From Macrostomum lignano (taxonomy: Eukaryota), in the NCBI GenBank assembly GCA_002269645.1, contig NIVC01002238.1:93597-157596 (forward strand): DNA of 64,000 nt, given 5' to 3'. Below, in pieces: positions 1 to 12,189 of the stretch. Positions within the stretch are counted from its first letter, which is position 1. Every line of letters starts with the position of its first letter. The notes beneath the pieces are model-generated. The model was not told the origin of the DNA. It was given only the letters and a program-made list of their open reading frames with translations, and ran no database searches. Position numbers and translations under genes: made by a program.

Positions 1-331
1 TCTATAGACTGATAAACACATTCGTGCATTCTATAGACTGATAAACACACTCCCTGCATTCTATAGACTGATAAACACACTCCCTGCATTCTATAGACTG
101 ATAAACACATTCGTGCATTCTATAGACTGATAAACACACTCCCTGCATTCTATAGACTGATAAACACATTCCCTGCATTCTATAGACTGATAAACACACT
201 CCCTGCATTCTATAGACTGATAAACACACTCCCTGCATTCTATAGACTGATAAACACACTCCCTGCATTCTATAGACTGATAAACACACTCCCTGCATTC
301 TATAGACTGATAAACACACTCCCTACATTCT
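1..331. repeat. Minisatellite, 30-bp unit (TCTATAGACTGATAAACACACTCCCTGCAT), ~11 copies, runs off the window start
   Basis: Direct tandem periodicity; explains the repetitive ORFs 2..319 and 91..390. Confidence 0.95.
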
Positions 332-1350
332 GTGGACTGTGGAGGCAAACACACCAAAATTTCTGTCGATGGGCATCCGCTTAACGTCACATTATAGTAA
401 AAAAAATAATAATTGAATGCTTAAAAACTGGACGTTGTAATATTAGGGATCAACTTATTTTACCGCACAAATATTCAAACATTTTCTTAACACGTTCGCG
501 CATTTTTGTGTTTTTTGTCCTTTCCGATACGTTGGACCATTGCTGATGCTCCAGCTCCCTGGTGTAAGCAGTAAAACTACAGTACATGTACCGTTATTGG
601 TGTTTATTATTTATGGTTATTTCTTGTTATGCTGTTCATTTTTAGCACATTGTTAACAATTTGTTAGGCGCTTATGAAACAGTGGCCACCTATCGATTAG
701 GAATCGCCCCAAATCATTTAAGAATCGCCTCCATATCAAACCATAAAAAAATTGAAAAAAATTCACCGAATGCAATTTAAACGTCTGCAACCCAGACATC
801 TAATAGTACTTTTTATTTAACATAGTGAATATTTATTTTGTTTGACTGAAAACGGCTTTAATAAAAGAAATATTTTTTAAGGTTGCCAAACTTTTTTATG
901 CATTCGTTTGGGTCGTGTCTGTTGTTAGTTTCAAGTGCAACAGCATCTGCTTTGACAAACCGTGAGCATTGGACTGAAAGCTTGAAGTTCGAACTCCTCT
1001 ATAACATGTTCAGCAGGTTTTTTATTCGCATTTTTATTGCTAAAACAATTCTTTATTTTATTAATATACAGCCTCTCTGTGACGCGTTTTAGTCAGATTT
1101 ACTTGCAAGATATCTTGTGAGTAATGACAGCTTAATATCAGCAGCCTATCTATTAATAATTAATTTAAATTAATAAGCGAGTTGCATAAGCATCGAATCT
1201 CTGTTTGATGGGCCTGCAAATTAAAGCGCAACTACTCTGTGTCTAGCTCATGCGGTCAGCTGCTGCATTTTGTAGTTTTTTAGAAAATTAAAACTTCTAC
1301 TACGAGTAGTAAATACTGTTATATTGAACCATCTAAAATTATGAGCATGA

Positions 1351-1503
1351 CAATTGACTGCCGAAGATTTTTAGATTTGTGGTTTTGGTTAGGGTTTACG
1401 AGAAATTTGGGTTTAGGTTTAGGAATTAGGGTTTAGGATGGGGTTTAAGTTTGGTTTAAGCTAGCGTTAGAGTACTCGTAGTATTAGTTTCGGCAGTCAA
1501 TTG
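1351..1503. mobile_element. Small MITE-like element with 15-bp perfect terminal inverted repeats and internal TTAGGG/TTTAGG-like repeats
   Basis: CAATTGACTGCCGAA (1351-1365) is the exact reverse complement of TTCGGCAGTCAATTG (1489-1503). No TSD identified. Confidence 0.55.
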
Positions 1504-1843
1504 AATTGTCTGGCGATAAGTTGTTCTTGACCCCTATAATTCCGCCAACGTGTGCACATCTTCTCGTAATAACTGTTATTAGTTTTGAACAGGCCAATAG
1601 CTGTTATGCACTATAGGGTAGCCCAATTAAATGCTAACTTAAAAAATACACCGTTATTTTATTGCCATTTCTGTTTTCAGTTCAATTTTCCGTAAGGAAA
1701 ATAAGTTTCTTTACGCTTGTTAAAAACGCGATTCGATCTTTTTTTGAATTTTTAAACCAAACGCTTAACGCATAGGGCTCAAAGTGGGTGGAAAAGCCAT
1801 CAACTTGACAAGCTTTTCTGTGCCTGAATAGAGGGCTGCTGTA

Positions 1844-2154
1844 CTAAGGTACATACTATAGCTTTTTGCACTCAGTTTTACAGAACTGCTTAGGAGCAGT
1901 TGACTTAATCCAGTGGCAGGACGCTAACACTCAAGATAACTGCCGCTAACACTCATCTTCCTCCTTTTTGATCTTAATTTCATTCTTAATTATCGTAAAG
2001 CAATGCAGTAAAACAATTGCAAACGGAAGAATAAGATGGGGCATAGGAGAAAAAAACAGTACACCTTGAAACCTTAGCGCCTACTGATGGATTAAGTCAA
2101 CTGCTCCTTGAAGTTCAAACTGACTGCAAAAACCTATACGTACACAAAACTTAG
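1844..2154. mobile_element. Degenerate foldback/MITE with ~75-bp imperfect inverted arms
   Basis: Perfect core GGAGCAGTTGACTTAATCCA (1893-1912) versus TGGATTAAGTCAACTGCTCC (2088-2107); imperfect pairing extends out to the CTAAG...CTTAG termini. Confidence 0.6.
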
Positions 2155-2738
2155 GGACTTCAATAACTTTAATCCTGTTAAAGGTTTAGAAGCTTCATCA
2201 GTTACTTAATTGAGAAGCACTTGTAGGTTGCAGGGCCGCAGACCATTTTTCAATGACTGTAGACAATTGGAATAGCAATTGCTGTCAGCCAACACTTCTA
2301 GACTGCCAGACACACTTGCCTTCTGAATATTCTTGAGGTCACATTTCGGAAGAGAATAAAAGCACTGCTGATCACTCTCAGTTGACGCTCAATGTGGTAG
2401 CGTTACCTTTTTTATATCACTCATAATAACATTATCTCTCCCAGATTAGATTTGGTCACAAAACAGCAACAAAATTTGTACCTAATTATAAAAGTACAAG
2501 CAGAGCCAGGACCTTTGGACTCACAATTATCTGGCTTAAGGACTTCAATATATTTTTCAACTGGAATGCGTCACCAGTCAAAATGGCAGAGTGCGTCAAC
2601 AGTCAATCTGGTAAAAGATGGCTCATAAAATGCTTTAAAATGATTCATTTGGCAACCGTCGACGGACAGCAGACATTTACTAGTATCTACATTTACAAAC
2701 TTAGCTAGTACTCGAAGTAGTTATCAAAGGCGTTGGAT

Positions 2739-4136
2739 TCAGTCAAGCCCGGCAAGTCCTGCGCTGTGACGGAGAGCCGCTCTCCAGACGCGCCGTTGCA
2801 AATTGGGCAGCGGCGCACCCTCTGGGGTGGCCAGCACCAGTGCACTGACTACAGCCGGTCCGGCGTGTTTCGGATGCAGCCAGTCGGAGTCCCAGCCTCT
2901 GAGCCAGTGCATAAAGTTGGCCTGCAATGCTTTGCCCAGCACGCCCGTGACGAAGATGTCCTCTAGATGAAGGAGGTTCCGCCAGGCGGCGCACTGAACC
3001 AACTGCGAAGGCAGATCTCCGGACATTAGATAGGTTAAGCCTTTGCAGTGCAGCGGGTACTTATCCTCCGGCCATTCCTCCTCGCTCACGTACCAATAGT
3101 AGCCTGATTGCGTGATTCGATACTCGTCAGGTGCTGTTCGACAATAAAACGTCTGATTTGCGTCAGCAAGGCGTTCAGTTACTAAGGTGACTAACTGAAA
3201 CACGTTCACAAACGCGTAGTCATCAACCTTTAGCAAAAATCTGGCACCTGCACAGTTCTGACTTGCCCATCTGAGTCCGTAGAGCGCCTTGCAGGTTGAC
3301 GCGCTGGGCTGGCCATCCGGACTGCACGGAACCTGCACAAGGTCAGCCGCGTCTTGGCTCTCCTCCTGCAGCTTTGCCTGCTGCTCAGCTGTCCTTGTGG
3401 CGCCAACAACAAATACTACTACGATTCGGTGCCCGTTGATGTTGTTTACCGACGCCCAGGTGCTGCGAATGAGGTCGCGGCGTTCTCGGTAGCCGAACTC
3501 GCTGTGCACAAGCGCCAGCAGTAGAGGACGACCGCTGCACAGGCGGCTCTCGCTAATGATGAAATCGTCCGGGGTGTGGTTGATTGGCTTGCCAGAGGCC
3601 GGACTAAAACCGCGCTGCCAGCAGAGATCGCGGAAGCTCGTTGCAGCCGTTGGCTGTCCAGACGGTGCCCTTGATTGTCGTGTCGGCCTTGCATTGTCAC
3701 TGTCCGCAGGATGAAGCTTTGCTACTGGCGTTGGTGCTTCTGCCTCTGCTGTCGGTTGTCGTGTCGGCTCTAGCATCGGTGCTTTTTTAACCGCTTCTGT
3801 ACGTGCCCGGTGATTCTGTTGCTGTTGCCTGCGGACATGGCTCCCAGCCGACGAATCCAGACTCAAACCTCTGCTGGCAAGAGGTTGGGTGGAGGGAATT
3901 CGGCTCACTTGGTCAGGAAACCACTCGCCGTTTAGCTTCTGATCATGCTGCTGCTGTAGGGATCTTAGCGGAGAAAGTAGAAATATTGGTGGCTTGTTTT
4001 GCAACAGCTTTTCCGACTCGCTGCTACTGCTCGAGTGCGCTACTAAAAGCAACAGACAAGTGGTGCAGGAAGCCAAGACAAGGAGAGTCCATAGCCAGCG
4101 GCTGATAAGTCGCGTGCTGATTTGATATCGTGGCAT
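2739..4136 (-). CDS. Beta-1,3-galactosyltransferase-like protein, GT31 family, single exon, 465 aa, type II membrane
   Basis: N-terminal TM (WLWTLLVLASCTTCLLLLVAH), long stem, then GT31 motifs LLLALVHS, RERRDLIRSTW, VVFVVG, LRWASQNC, FLLKVDDY, YPLHCKG, GLTYLMS, LEDIFVTG. Confidence 0.9.
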   Translation of the reverse strand: MPRYQISTRLISRWLWTLLVLASCTTCLLLLVAHSSSSSESEKLLQNKPPIFLLSPLRSLQQQHDQKLNGEWFPDQVSRIPSTQPLASRGLSLDSSAGSHVRRQQQQNHRARTEAVKKAPMLEPTRQPTAEAEAPTPVAKLHPADSDNARPTRQSRAPSGQPTAATSFRDLCWQRGFSPASGKPINHTPDDFIISESRLCSGRPLLLALVHSEFGYRERRDLIRSTWASVNNINGHRIVVVFVVGATRTAEQQAKLQEESQDAADLVQVPCSPDGQPSASTCKALYGLRWASQNCAGARFLLKVDDYAFVNVFQLVTLVTERLADANQTFYCRTAPDEYRITQSGYYWYVSEEEWPEDKYPLHCKGLTYLMSGDLPSQLVQCAAWRNLLHLEDIFVTGVLGKALQANFMHWLRGWDSDWLHPKHAGPAVVSALVLATPEGAPLPNLQRRVWRAALRHSAGLAGLD

Positions 4137-4511
4137 TGCTGCTTTTAGTATACCTCAGTTGTTAAATTTTTTCAACCTTCGCTGATTCTGCTTGGGCTCT
4201 TAGCTGTGGGCCATGAATAAGGCCAGGCAAACAGTGAGTAAGCCAGCCATCCATCCACAGAGCCTGCACAGGCACACTGTGCTCTGCTTGCTCTTCGCTA
4301 TATCTACTTCTAGTCTTACTCATGCCTATTGGTCGTTTCTACTCTCCATTGTCTATCTTCTTTCGGAGAGAACGCTTCATCGCATGCAAGTACGTAACTG
4401 GCCTTTAAATTACTTACATTAAAATAAGTCTGACCCACCGGAAAAAAAGCATTTTGGATTTCAAGTAATGTACTGTACACTCAAAAGGTGCAGCTAGAAT
4501 TTGGCTCGATA

Positions 4512-5197
4512 GGGAGAAGGAGTAGACTGAGGGAGAGGGGGTAGACTGAGGGAGAGGGAGAGGGAGACTGAGGGGAGGGAGTAGACTGAGGGAGAGGGGG
4601 TAGACTGAGGGAGAGGGAGACTGAGGGGAGGGAGTAGACTGAGGAGAGGGAGTAGACTGAGGGAGAGGGGGTAGACTGAGGTAGAGGGAGAGGGAGACTG
4701 ACGGGAGGGAGTAGACTGAGGGAGAGGGAGACTGAGGGGAGGGAGTAGACTGAGGGAGAGGGAGACTGAGGGGAGGGAGTAGACTGAGGGAGAGGGGGTA
4801 GACTGAGGGAGAGGGAGACTGAGAGGAGGGAGTAGACTGAGGAGAGGGAGTAGACTGAGGGAGAGGGGGTAGACTGAGGTAGAGGGAGAGGGAGACTGAG
4901 GGGAGGGAGTAGACTGAGGGAGAGGCAGACTGAGGGGAGGGAGTAGACTGAGGGAGAGGGGGTAGACTGAGGGAGAGGGAGACTGAGGGGAGGGAGTAGA
5001 CTGAGGAGAGGGAGTAGACTGAGGGAGAGGGGGTAGACTGAGGGAGAGGGAGAGGGAGACTGAGGGGAGGGAGTAGACTGAGGGAGAGGCAGACTGAGGG
5101 GAGGGAGTAGACTGAGGGGAGGGAGACTGATGGGAGGGAGTAGACTGAGGGAGAGGGAGACTGAGGAGAGGGAGTAGACTGAGGGAGAGGGAGACTG
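4512..5197. repeat. Purine-rich minisatellite built from GAGTAGACTGAGGG(G)AGAGG variants
   Basis: Direct tandem periodicity; source of the spurious 267-aa ORF 4414..5217. Confidence 0.9.
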
Positions 5198-5598
5198 AGG
5201 GAGAGGGCCTCTTGCACTATCTTCTACCTGATTTCAATCTCACATTTTACGCCAAGAATTTACGGAGATCATACGACTCGTATACTTAGAGTTTAGTTAG
5301 ATTCCCTACAGTTGAAGATTGGAGTGCCCTAAACTTTCGGGATTTCGGAATTTCGGGTCCCAGGATTATAAAGCTTTGGGATTTTGGCATCCCTGTGTCA
5401 AAGGGATCCCTGGCATCCCTTTGGCATGCTGCGTTAGATTAGATATTTGCGAGCGTATATTACAAAAATCTATTAAGTATTTATTTATTTGATCCAAAAA
5501 TTCACTTCATAACGGGCAACCGAAAATGCTGTGCAGGCCTTAAAGGCTTTACATTTAAACTTTCAGCATTCAAATAAAAAAATATCGATCCATGCGTG

Positions 5599-5754
5599 TA
5601 GGGATTCCAATCCCGGGATTTTTTGGGAATCGAATCCCGGGATTGCAAAAGCAACCGGGATTCCGGGATTTTGAATCCCGAGATTTCAACAGCATCGGGA
5701 TTTCGGGACTATTCAATCCCGGGATTGTAAAATGTCGGGATTTTGGAATCCCTA
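5599..5754. mobile_element. Non-autonomous hAT-superfamily MITE, 156 bp
   Basis: TIRs TAGGGATTCCAA / TTGGAATCCCTA; exact 8-bp TSD CATGCGTG at 5591-5598 and 5755-5762; internal AATCCCGGGATT subterminal repeats. An 8-bp TSD and TAGGG termini are hAT hallmarks. Confidence 0.9.
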
Positions 5755-7828
5755 CATGCGTGGCGTCAATGAAAGAGATTTAAGGCTTAGAAGTTTTAAT
5801 GTATAGCTTACGAGATGCAGAAGAATTACGAATTAGCAGGAGGGCTGGACAAACATGTGCATACTGGACTGCGAGTGGGAAGGGTATGGGTATGGCCAAG
5901 ACAGAACAAGAATGTGATTATAACCCTTATGTGGGGCTTTCTATTCAACTGATGGGACCCGTGCCGTAAACCCCTTACGCTGTACATTAAGGCTGGTGCA
6001 GACCGCCGATCTTCAGTGTACACTGTGAGACCGAGAAGGGGCCGCTTTGGGTGAACGAATTAGAAAATAATCGATTTTTTCTTGGCAGAACGCACACTCT
6101 CCTCACTCGAATACCCGAAAAATGTCAACCCTTGCCCTACCCCTCCACCCCGTCCCCATAAACCTGAATTTTACACAAACTGGTAAGGACAGAAGGCCAA
6201 AGCTGAACTGACGTAATAACTTTACAGTTAATTAATTTTATATATTCAGTCTATATCGGCACAGTACAGGCCATATTACGTATTATAATTAATTCATTAA
6301 ATTTAAAGAGAACATTGAACGATCAAGTTACATGAAGTTTTGCTGTGAGAAAAGTCTGTTATCCTTGTTGTTAGTTATATGGAGTTATGGGTTATCATCC
6401 ATAAAACACAAAATCAACTCAAGTTGAAATTTGCAAAAACTAAGCATTGAATCGAAAAACCAGACACTTTCCACTTCTAACCGTTCTACACTAAACCAAT
6501 TTTGAATCGCATGTGCAGTAAATAACGCAATACGGCTTTACAGGGGTATTATTATCGTATGTAAAACACAAGGTCTAATAATGGCTATCCTATGCAAGGC
6601 TATGCTACTACAATCGCTTATCACCCAATCCAACGCTGCCCTACACAGCGTCATTAATTAGGTATGATACAAACGAATAGGGTTTGCACGCACCCTTGAG
6701 ATTTACTAACCTAAATTCTGATTGGCTGATAGAGGGAGAGGCAACTGGCCCACTCCACTCTTCTACCCCTGGCACGTACAGCCAGCCCCTTTCTCTCCTT
6801 TAGATGTGGGCAGTTTATGGCCTCACAGAGTAATTGGTTGAAGGCCAGCGGGGGGTTGGGAGATGGGTGGGTGGCTTGGGGTGGGTATGGATAATTATAA
6901 CAGGGTGAACTGTCTCGTACACAGCGAGGCCTATCTATCTTACAACCCGCGGCAGACAAGCACAGAGCTGAGCCGAGCCCATATACCGTTTGAGGTTTTA
7001 TGTTTTAAGGGTCCCGCCAAGTCAAACCGTGAAGCCGATTAGTTAGGAAAAAACAGCATCACGATAACTCGTTGATCTGTGTATATGCGATTGACTTACA
7101 CGGGAGCTCGCGTAGCATTTCGAATTCAACAAATAAAATAAACTCGCTTTGAATCTTTGTTTCAGGCGTTTGCTGGTAAGTTTTCCGTATTTAGTATATT
7201 CTCAGTAAATTTACAACATGTATTGATTCAATTTTCTCAAATTGTCATGCTGAGCCTAGAGCTAGGACATACATGCGCAACCCCCTTCCTTGATTTACAC
7301 TGGCCATGAGACTTACTTTTTGACCAAAAATGCAACTTACTTGGGAAAGAAACCCTACAGCAAAAATTAGCTTTGTCCTAAGGTAAACGGTAGGAGTAAC
7401 TTAACGGTCTTATTAAGGCTAAATGCCTAGGCATCTAATTAGTACTACATTTGTACTTTGGTTGGCATTTTTGCGACTTACCACTGGTCCACCACAACTT
7501 ACGGTGGCCGGATCGGCCAGATTGGCCAGCAGTTGCGCATCTATGGCCGCTAGGATTATATAAATCATGGACTTTTTGAGTTAAACTTAAAAATGCACGG
7601 ACAGGATGATATACAGATAGAACTAAGGACTTCGTAAATTGTAAGGTTTTGTGGTTAAATTTCTACTATTTATCGTGGATAGGGTATTTGGATCCCAATT
7701 CTGAGATACAGAGATACAGAGAATGAACTTGAATTTAACTGCTTTACGGGATTTCAAAATTAGCTAACAATTGCATCTGTTTGCTGCCTCTATAGACCGA
7801 ATCACGCAAAGTACACAAATAAATAGCA

Positions 7829-10800
7829 ATGTCCGGCACTCAATTGACCGCCACCGAAGCGCCGTCGCCGCAGTCGCCAGCTGTCTCACCGCCGTCTGTG
7901 TCGGACGCTGCGACCACCGCTTCAGCAGCTCCCATGGCGTCAACAACGGCCATTGTCGCCATGCCAGGGACTCCCGTATCGACAGCAGCCAATACTGAAC
8001 TCGGCGGCACTCTAATCCCTAATCGAGTGTTCGTCGGCGGCATACCTTCTAGCGCCACCGAGGCCGAGCTAATGGAATTCTTCTCCGCTCTTGGCGAAGT
8101 GCGCGACGTGAAAATCATAGCGGACAAGAGCGGCACGTCCAAGGGCTACGGATTTGTTACGTTCGAGTCGGCTGAGCTGGCCGACTCAATCATTCGGAGG
8201 GACCGCGAGTCCCGGGACGGCCTGGTATTCCGATCTAGGCGGCTTAACATCGGCCCGGCTATCAAAAAGAGTGTAAGCTACTCGCTGCTTGAATATTTGG
8301 ACAAGTGTTTATTATGAATTTTTAAATCTGGGCAGTTTTAACTTGAGTAAACGGCCGGAGTAACAATCGCTGTCTTGAATTTGTAAAGCGCCTCGGCATC
8401 TCGTTAGTACATTTCAGTCTAAGTTAGTTTGCTGTTTACATTTAGTTACTAGTAATGATTGATCTCACACTTTCTCCAATGGGCAGGTGTGCAACCGACA
8501 GCTCAGTCGCAGCTATTACGCGGTGCATCTGAAGGCTGCGTACGGCTGTTCAGTCCAAGGACTGGGGGGTCGCCCGCCACACACACCCTCAATTACCCCA
8601 GCTGATGCTGGCACCCATTTTACAGCTGGGTGAACTGCAGCAATGCAGAGTTAAGTGTCTTGCTCAAGGACACAAATTGTTCTAGTGGGATCGGGAATCG
8701 AACCCCCAACCTTTAAATCGTGAATCCGATGCTCTAACCACTAGACTGCAACCCCTTTACATGTAATTTTTTAAAAAAAGTAGTTTCCTTTGCTAGAACT
8801 TCCATCAAAGCACACATCAATCACCTCCTGCCTCTTTTACATGAGTAAATTAGTTAATTTTCAATGTCTCAAAATTTTCTGAGCTTGAGTAAACGGCGAG
8901 AGTAATAGTGACCTCCCTGCTCTGACCGCCTCCTGGCGTGCAGCCCCTGTACCACAGGCCCGACTCCAACAGCAATGGCGTGTTCTTCACGGCCGGCTCG
9001 GTGCCATACACCTACCAGAACGGTATGGCCGTGTTCCACATCCCCGGCAGCCTCTACCAGCACTACCATCATCAGCAGCACCAGCTGGCTCTGGGTGGCG
9101 GTGGCGGTGATCTGCATTATCCAGCCGGCTACGGGCAGCCCTACACTATGACCACCGCCGCCGCTGCTGCCGCAGCTGCCGCCGCAGCCGCCGTCAACGG
9201 TGCCCCTCCAAATCACCACGGTATGTCGGCAGCCACCGCGGCCCAGCTGATGTGCCTGCCGGCTCAGTTTGCTGCCGCAGTGTGGCCCAGTTCAATCGGT
9301 CATCATCATCATCAGCAACAGTCGCCAAGTCCGGCCCTTGTGAGTTGATTTCTTTAATTAAACTGCTTTGTAGTATATCTACAAGTATTTGTGTACAGTC
9401 ATTGTGCCTATGCCAATTGCCTTTATAGCGCGTCTCTATACCAGCCTTTATAGCGCCTGTCTCTCCAGTCTTTTTAGCGCCTGTCTCTATACCAGTCTTT
9501 ATAGCGCCTGTCTCTCCAGTCTTTTTAGCGCCTGTCTCTATACCAGTCTTTGTAGCGCCTGTCTCTGTACCAGTCTTTGTGTAGCACCTGTCTCTGTACC
9601 AGTCTTTGTGTAGCGCCTGTCTCTGTACCAGTCTTTGTGTAGCACCTGTCTCTGTACCAGTCTTTGTGTAGCACCTGTCTCTGTACCAGTCTTTGTGTAG
9701 CACCTGTCTCTGTACCAGTCTTTGTGTAGCACCTGTCTCTGTACCAGTCTTTGTGTAGCACCTGTCTCTGTACCAGTCTCTGTGTAGCGCCTGTCTCTGT
9801 ACCAGTCTTTGTGTAGCACCTGTCTCTGTACCAGTCTTTGTGTAGCACCTGTCTCTGTACCAGTCTTTGTGTAGCACCTGTCTCTGTACCAGTCTTTGTG
9901 TAGCGCCTGTCTCTGTACCAGTCTTTGTGTAGCACCTGTCTCTGTACCAGTCTTTGTGTAGCACCTGTCTCTGTACCAGTCTTTGTGTAGCACCTGTCTC
10001 TGTACCAGTCTTTGTGTAGCACCTGTCTCTGTACCAGTCTTTGTGTAGCACCTGTCTCTGTACCAGTCTTTGTGTAGCACCTGTCTCTGTACCAGTCTTT
10101 GTGTAGCACCTGTCTCTGTACCAGTCTTTGTGTAGCGCTTTAATTTTTCCCTCCATTTGCAGAGCAACACACCGTCAAGCGCTGCCTATTATTCGACTTC
10201 GGCTTTCGGCCCCATGGCTGGCGGTGGAGGCGGCGCCCTGCCTTACTACAGCAGCCCGCTCACTGCCAACAGGACGCCCGCCGCAGGCTACCCAGACGGC
10301 GGAGGACCGGGCCCTTTCCTGAGTGCCACCAGCGACTATGGCACTGACCCCAGCTGTACAGACCAGTCCTACGCTAACGAGGTAAGCCTGACGTTCATAA
10401 CACTCATCCCATCACAATTCCTCCCTTCACGACTCTTTAGCCTTCTCTACCAACCGCATCCCTTAATTCTTCACTTAATCTTTCATTTCCATGAATCCCG
10501 TCCCGTCCCTTCATTCCCATCGCATTCATTCCCACCCCTCTAATCCCTTCCTTTCATTTCCGTCCCTTCATTCCCGCCTTCATTCCCGCCTTCATTCCCG
10601 CCCCTTCAATAATACCTTTCAACTCCACCCGTTCATTCTGGTCTCGCTATTCCCAGTGTCTCCCTACCTAAATCTCCACCCTTCATTTCCCCAAGGGCTG
10701 TCTCGCTAGCGCTAAAAATTAGCCCAACTGCAAAAATGCTCGCCTTCCCCCTCTTAAGTCGGTGGAGTTCGACTGCGGACAGCTGTACAGCCAGCAGCAG

Positions 10801-11082
10801 CCGCAGCAGCTGGCAGCCGCCTATTCCCCCGCCGCGCCCGGAGGTTACTGCTACGGCAGCCCGCCTGTGCTCTGCCCTGTCCGCGCCTTCCCCGTGTTGC
10901 TCAACCAGCACCAGCCTCAGCTGGCCACGCCGCCCCCGCCAGCTCCGGTGGCTCGCATTGTCAGCCTGGACTCTGCCGACGACTCCGAGGTCTCCCAGGC
11001 TGTAGGCGGAGCTCCCGCTGCCGTGCCGCAGCTGCTGCAGATGCCGCTGCAGCCGATGGCCGATCCGAATCGGTCCTCTTAA
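7829..11082 (+). CDS. boule: Boule (DAZ-family RRM RNA-binding protein), join(7829..8272,8944..9339,10163..10381,10759..11082), ~460 aa
   Basis: RRM PNRVFVGGI...SKGYGFVTFES...LNIGPAIKK is Boule/DAZL-typical; exon 2 has PYTYQNGMAVFH, resembling the conserved Boule PYTYHNGVAYFH segment; all three introns are GT-AG, phase 0, and join in frame. Confidence 0.9.
8487..8755 (-). mobile_element. tRNA-derived SINE in boule intron 1, antisense to the gene
   Basis: The minus strand shows an A-box-like CAGTCTAGTGG (8738-8748) and B-box GGTTCGATTCC (8694-8704), followed by TGTGTCCTTGAGCAAGACACTTAAC, resembling the central domain of CORE-type SINEs. The left end is approximate. Confidence 0.8.
9425..10138. 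repeat. Minisatellite, 29-bp unit (TAGCACCTGTCTCTGTACCAGTCTTTGTG), boule intron 2
   Basis: Direct tandem periodicity; the 29-aa periodicity in three-frame ORFs equals 3 units. Confidence 0.95.
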
Positions 11083-12189
11083 AGCAGACTTAAGTTGGTG
11101 TGGATTAACTAATACCTGGACTCCCTAATAATTGATAATCTGTCCGCTTGAAATGCGCTTGACTTTGTGCGGCCAAAATATTGCTTGATATTATATATAT
11201 ACACATCCACAAGGTATATTGCTCGCTCACCTGCCTTCTGTGCTACATGTCTTTTTTTAGCACGGAGCTTCTATATTAAAAGCCGTCCCGTCCCGCGCGT
11301 CCCATTTTAATCACGATTTCGTTAGCCGCTTTACTGTACTAAGCTGCTCTGTTTCGCGGTGCTCGCATCGATTTATAATCTGGCATGTACTATCAGCCGC
11401 AGTAATCGTGCATAACTAATTAATTAATTAATTCGCTCATTCATTTCATCGGATTTCGGTCTCTATATATGCATAGTTTCACTTTGCTACTTGCAGTAGC
11501 CAGAACAGCGCGCGTTAGTAGTCTCTTATTCTATTATAAATATTGCTATTAAAATCAATGATTTGTTGTCGCAGCTGGTCGGATTTGTTTTTTCTTCGTC
11601 GTTTTTAAATTCCCCCCTCCCTCCCGAAATGATCGCCTCGAGAGCGGACGCTGAATGGATGGCTTCTTTCCTTTGTCGTTAGACTTTTTTGTAGTTGAGC
11701 AAACGCCCATTTACCTTAGCCTATATCTGAGCAGTCTCATCGCCATTCACACATTCGCATACATATCTATAAATATCTACTTATAATCGGGTGGTGCGCC
11801 TGCACGTGTACTTGAATTGTCTTTTTTATTAAAACATTTGTTAACAAATACGCGCCCCCAGCCAAATATTACCTATTTTATGCTATACTTGCCTGCCTTT
11901 ATTTATATCAAATTGTCACCTGTTCAGCATCGTCGATTTGTTGTTAATCGTAGCGTGTCGGCAGATCTCTGTCATTCATCAGTATGAACTGCTTTAAAAA
12001 ATAGTTTAGAAAAATACACCAGGCAAAACTTTCCTTGGCGCAGTTGCCTCATCGCCTTGTCATCTGTACGGCATCCAATTCTGCAGGCTGTTGTAGCTAT
12101 ACTCTTATGGCCTATGTTTCTGTGTCAGGTTCATTGTCCTCGATGCTCCCACAGGTTGCTAGATGTCAGTACTAATGACCATCGCAGTC

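Noticed and set aside
1380-1460. Telomere or chromosome end
   Set aside because: The TTAGGG-like motifs are few, degenerate and enclosed by TIRs.
5830-7000. Possible LTR or retroelement fragments upstream of boule
   Set aside because: No TG...CA ends with TSD and no recognisable protein motif.
8689-8755. tRNA gene
   Set aside because: A and B boxes are present, but the acceptor stem does not close and the sequence runs into a SINE core domain, so it is treated as a SINE head.
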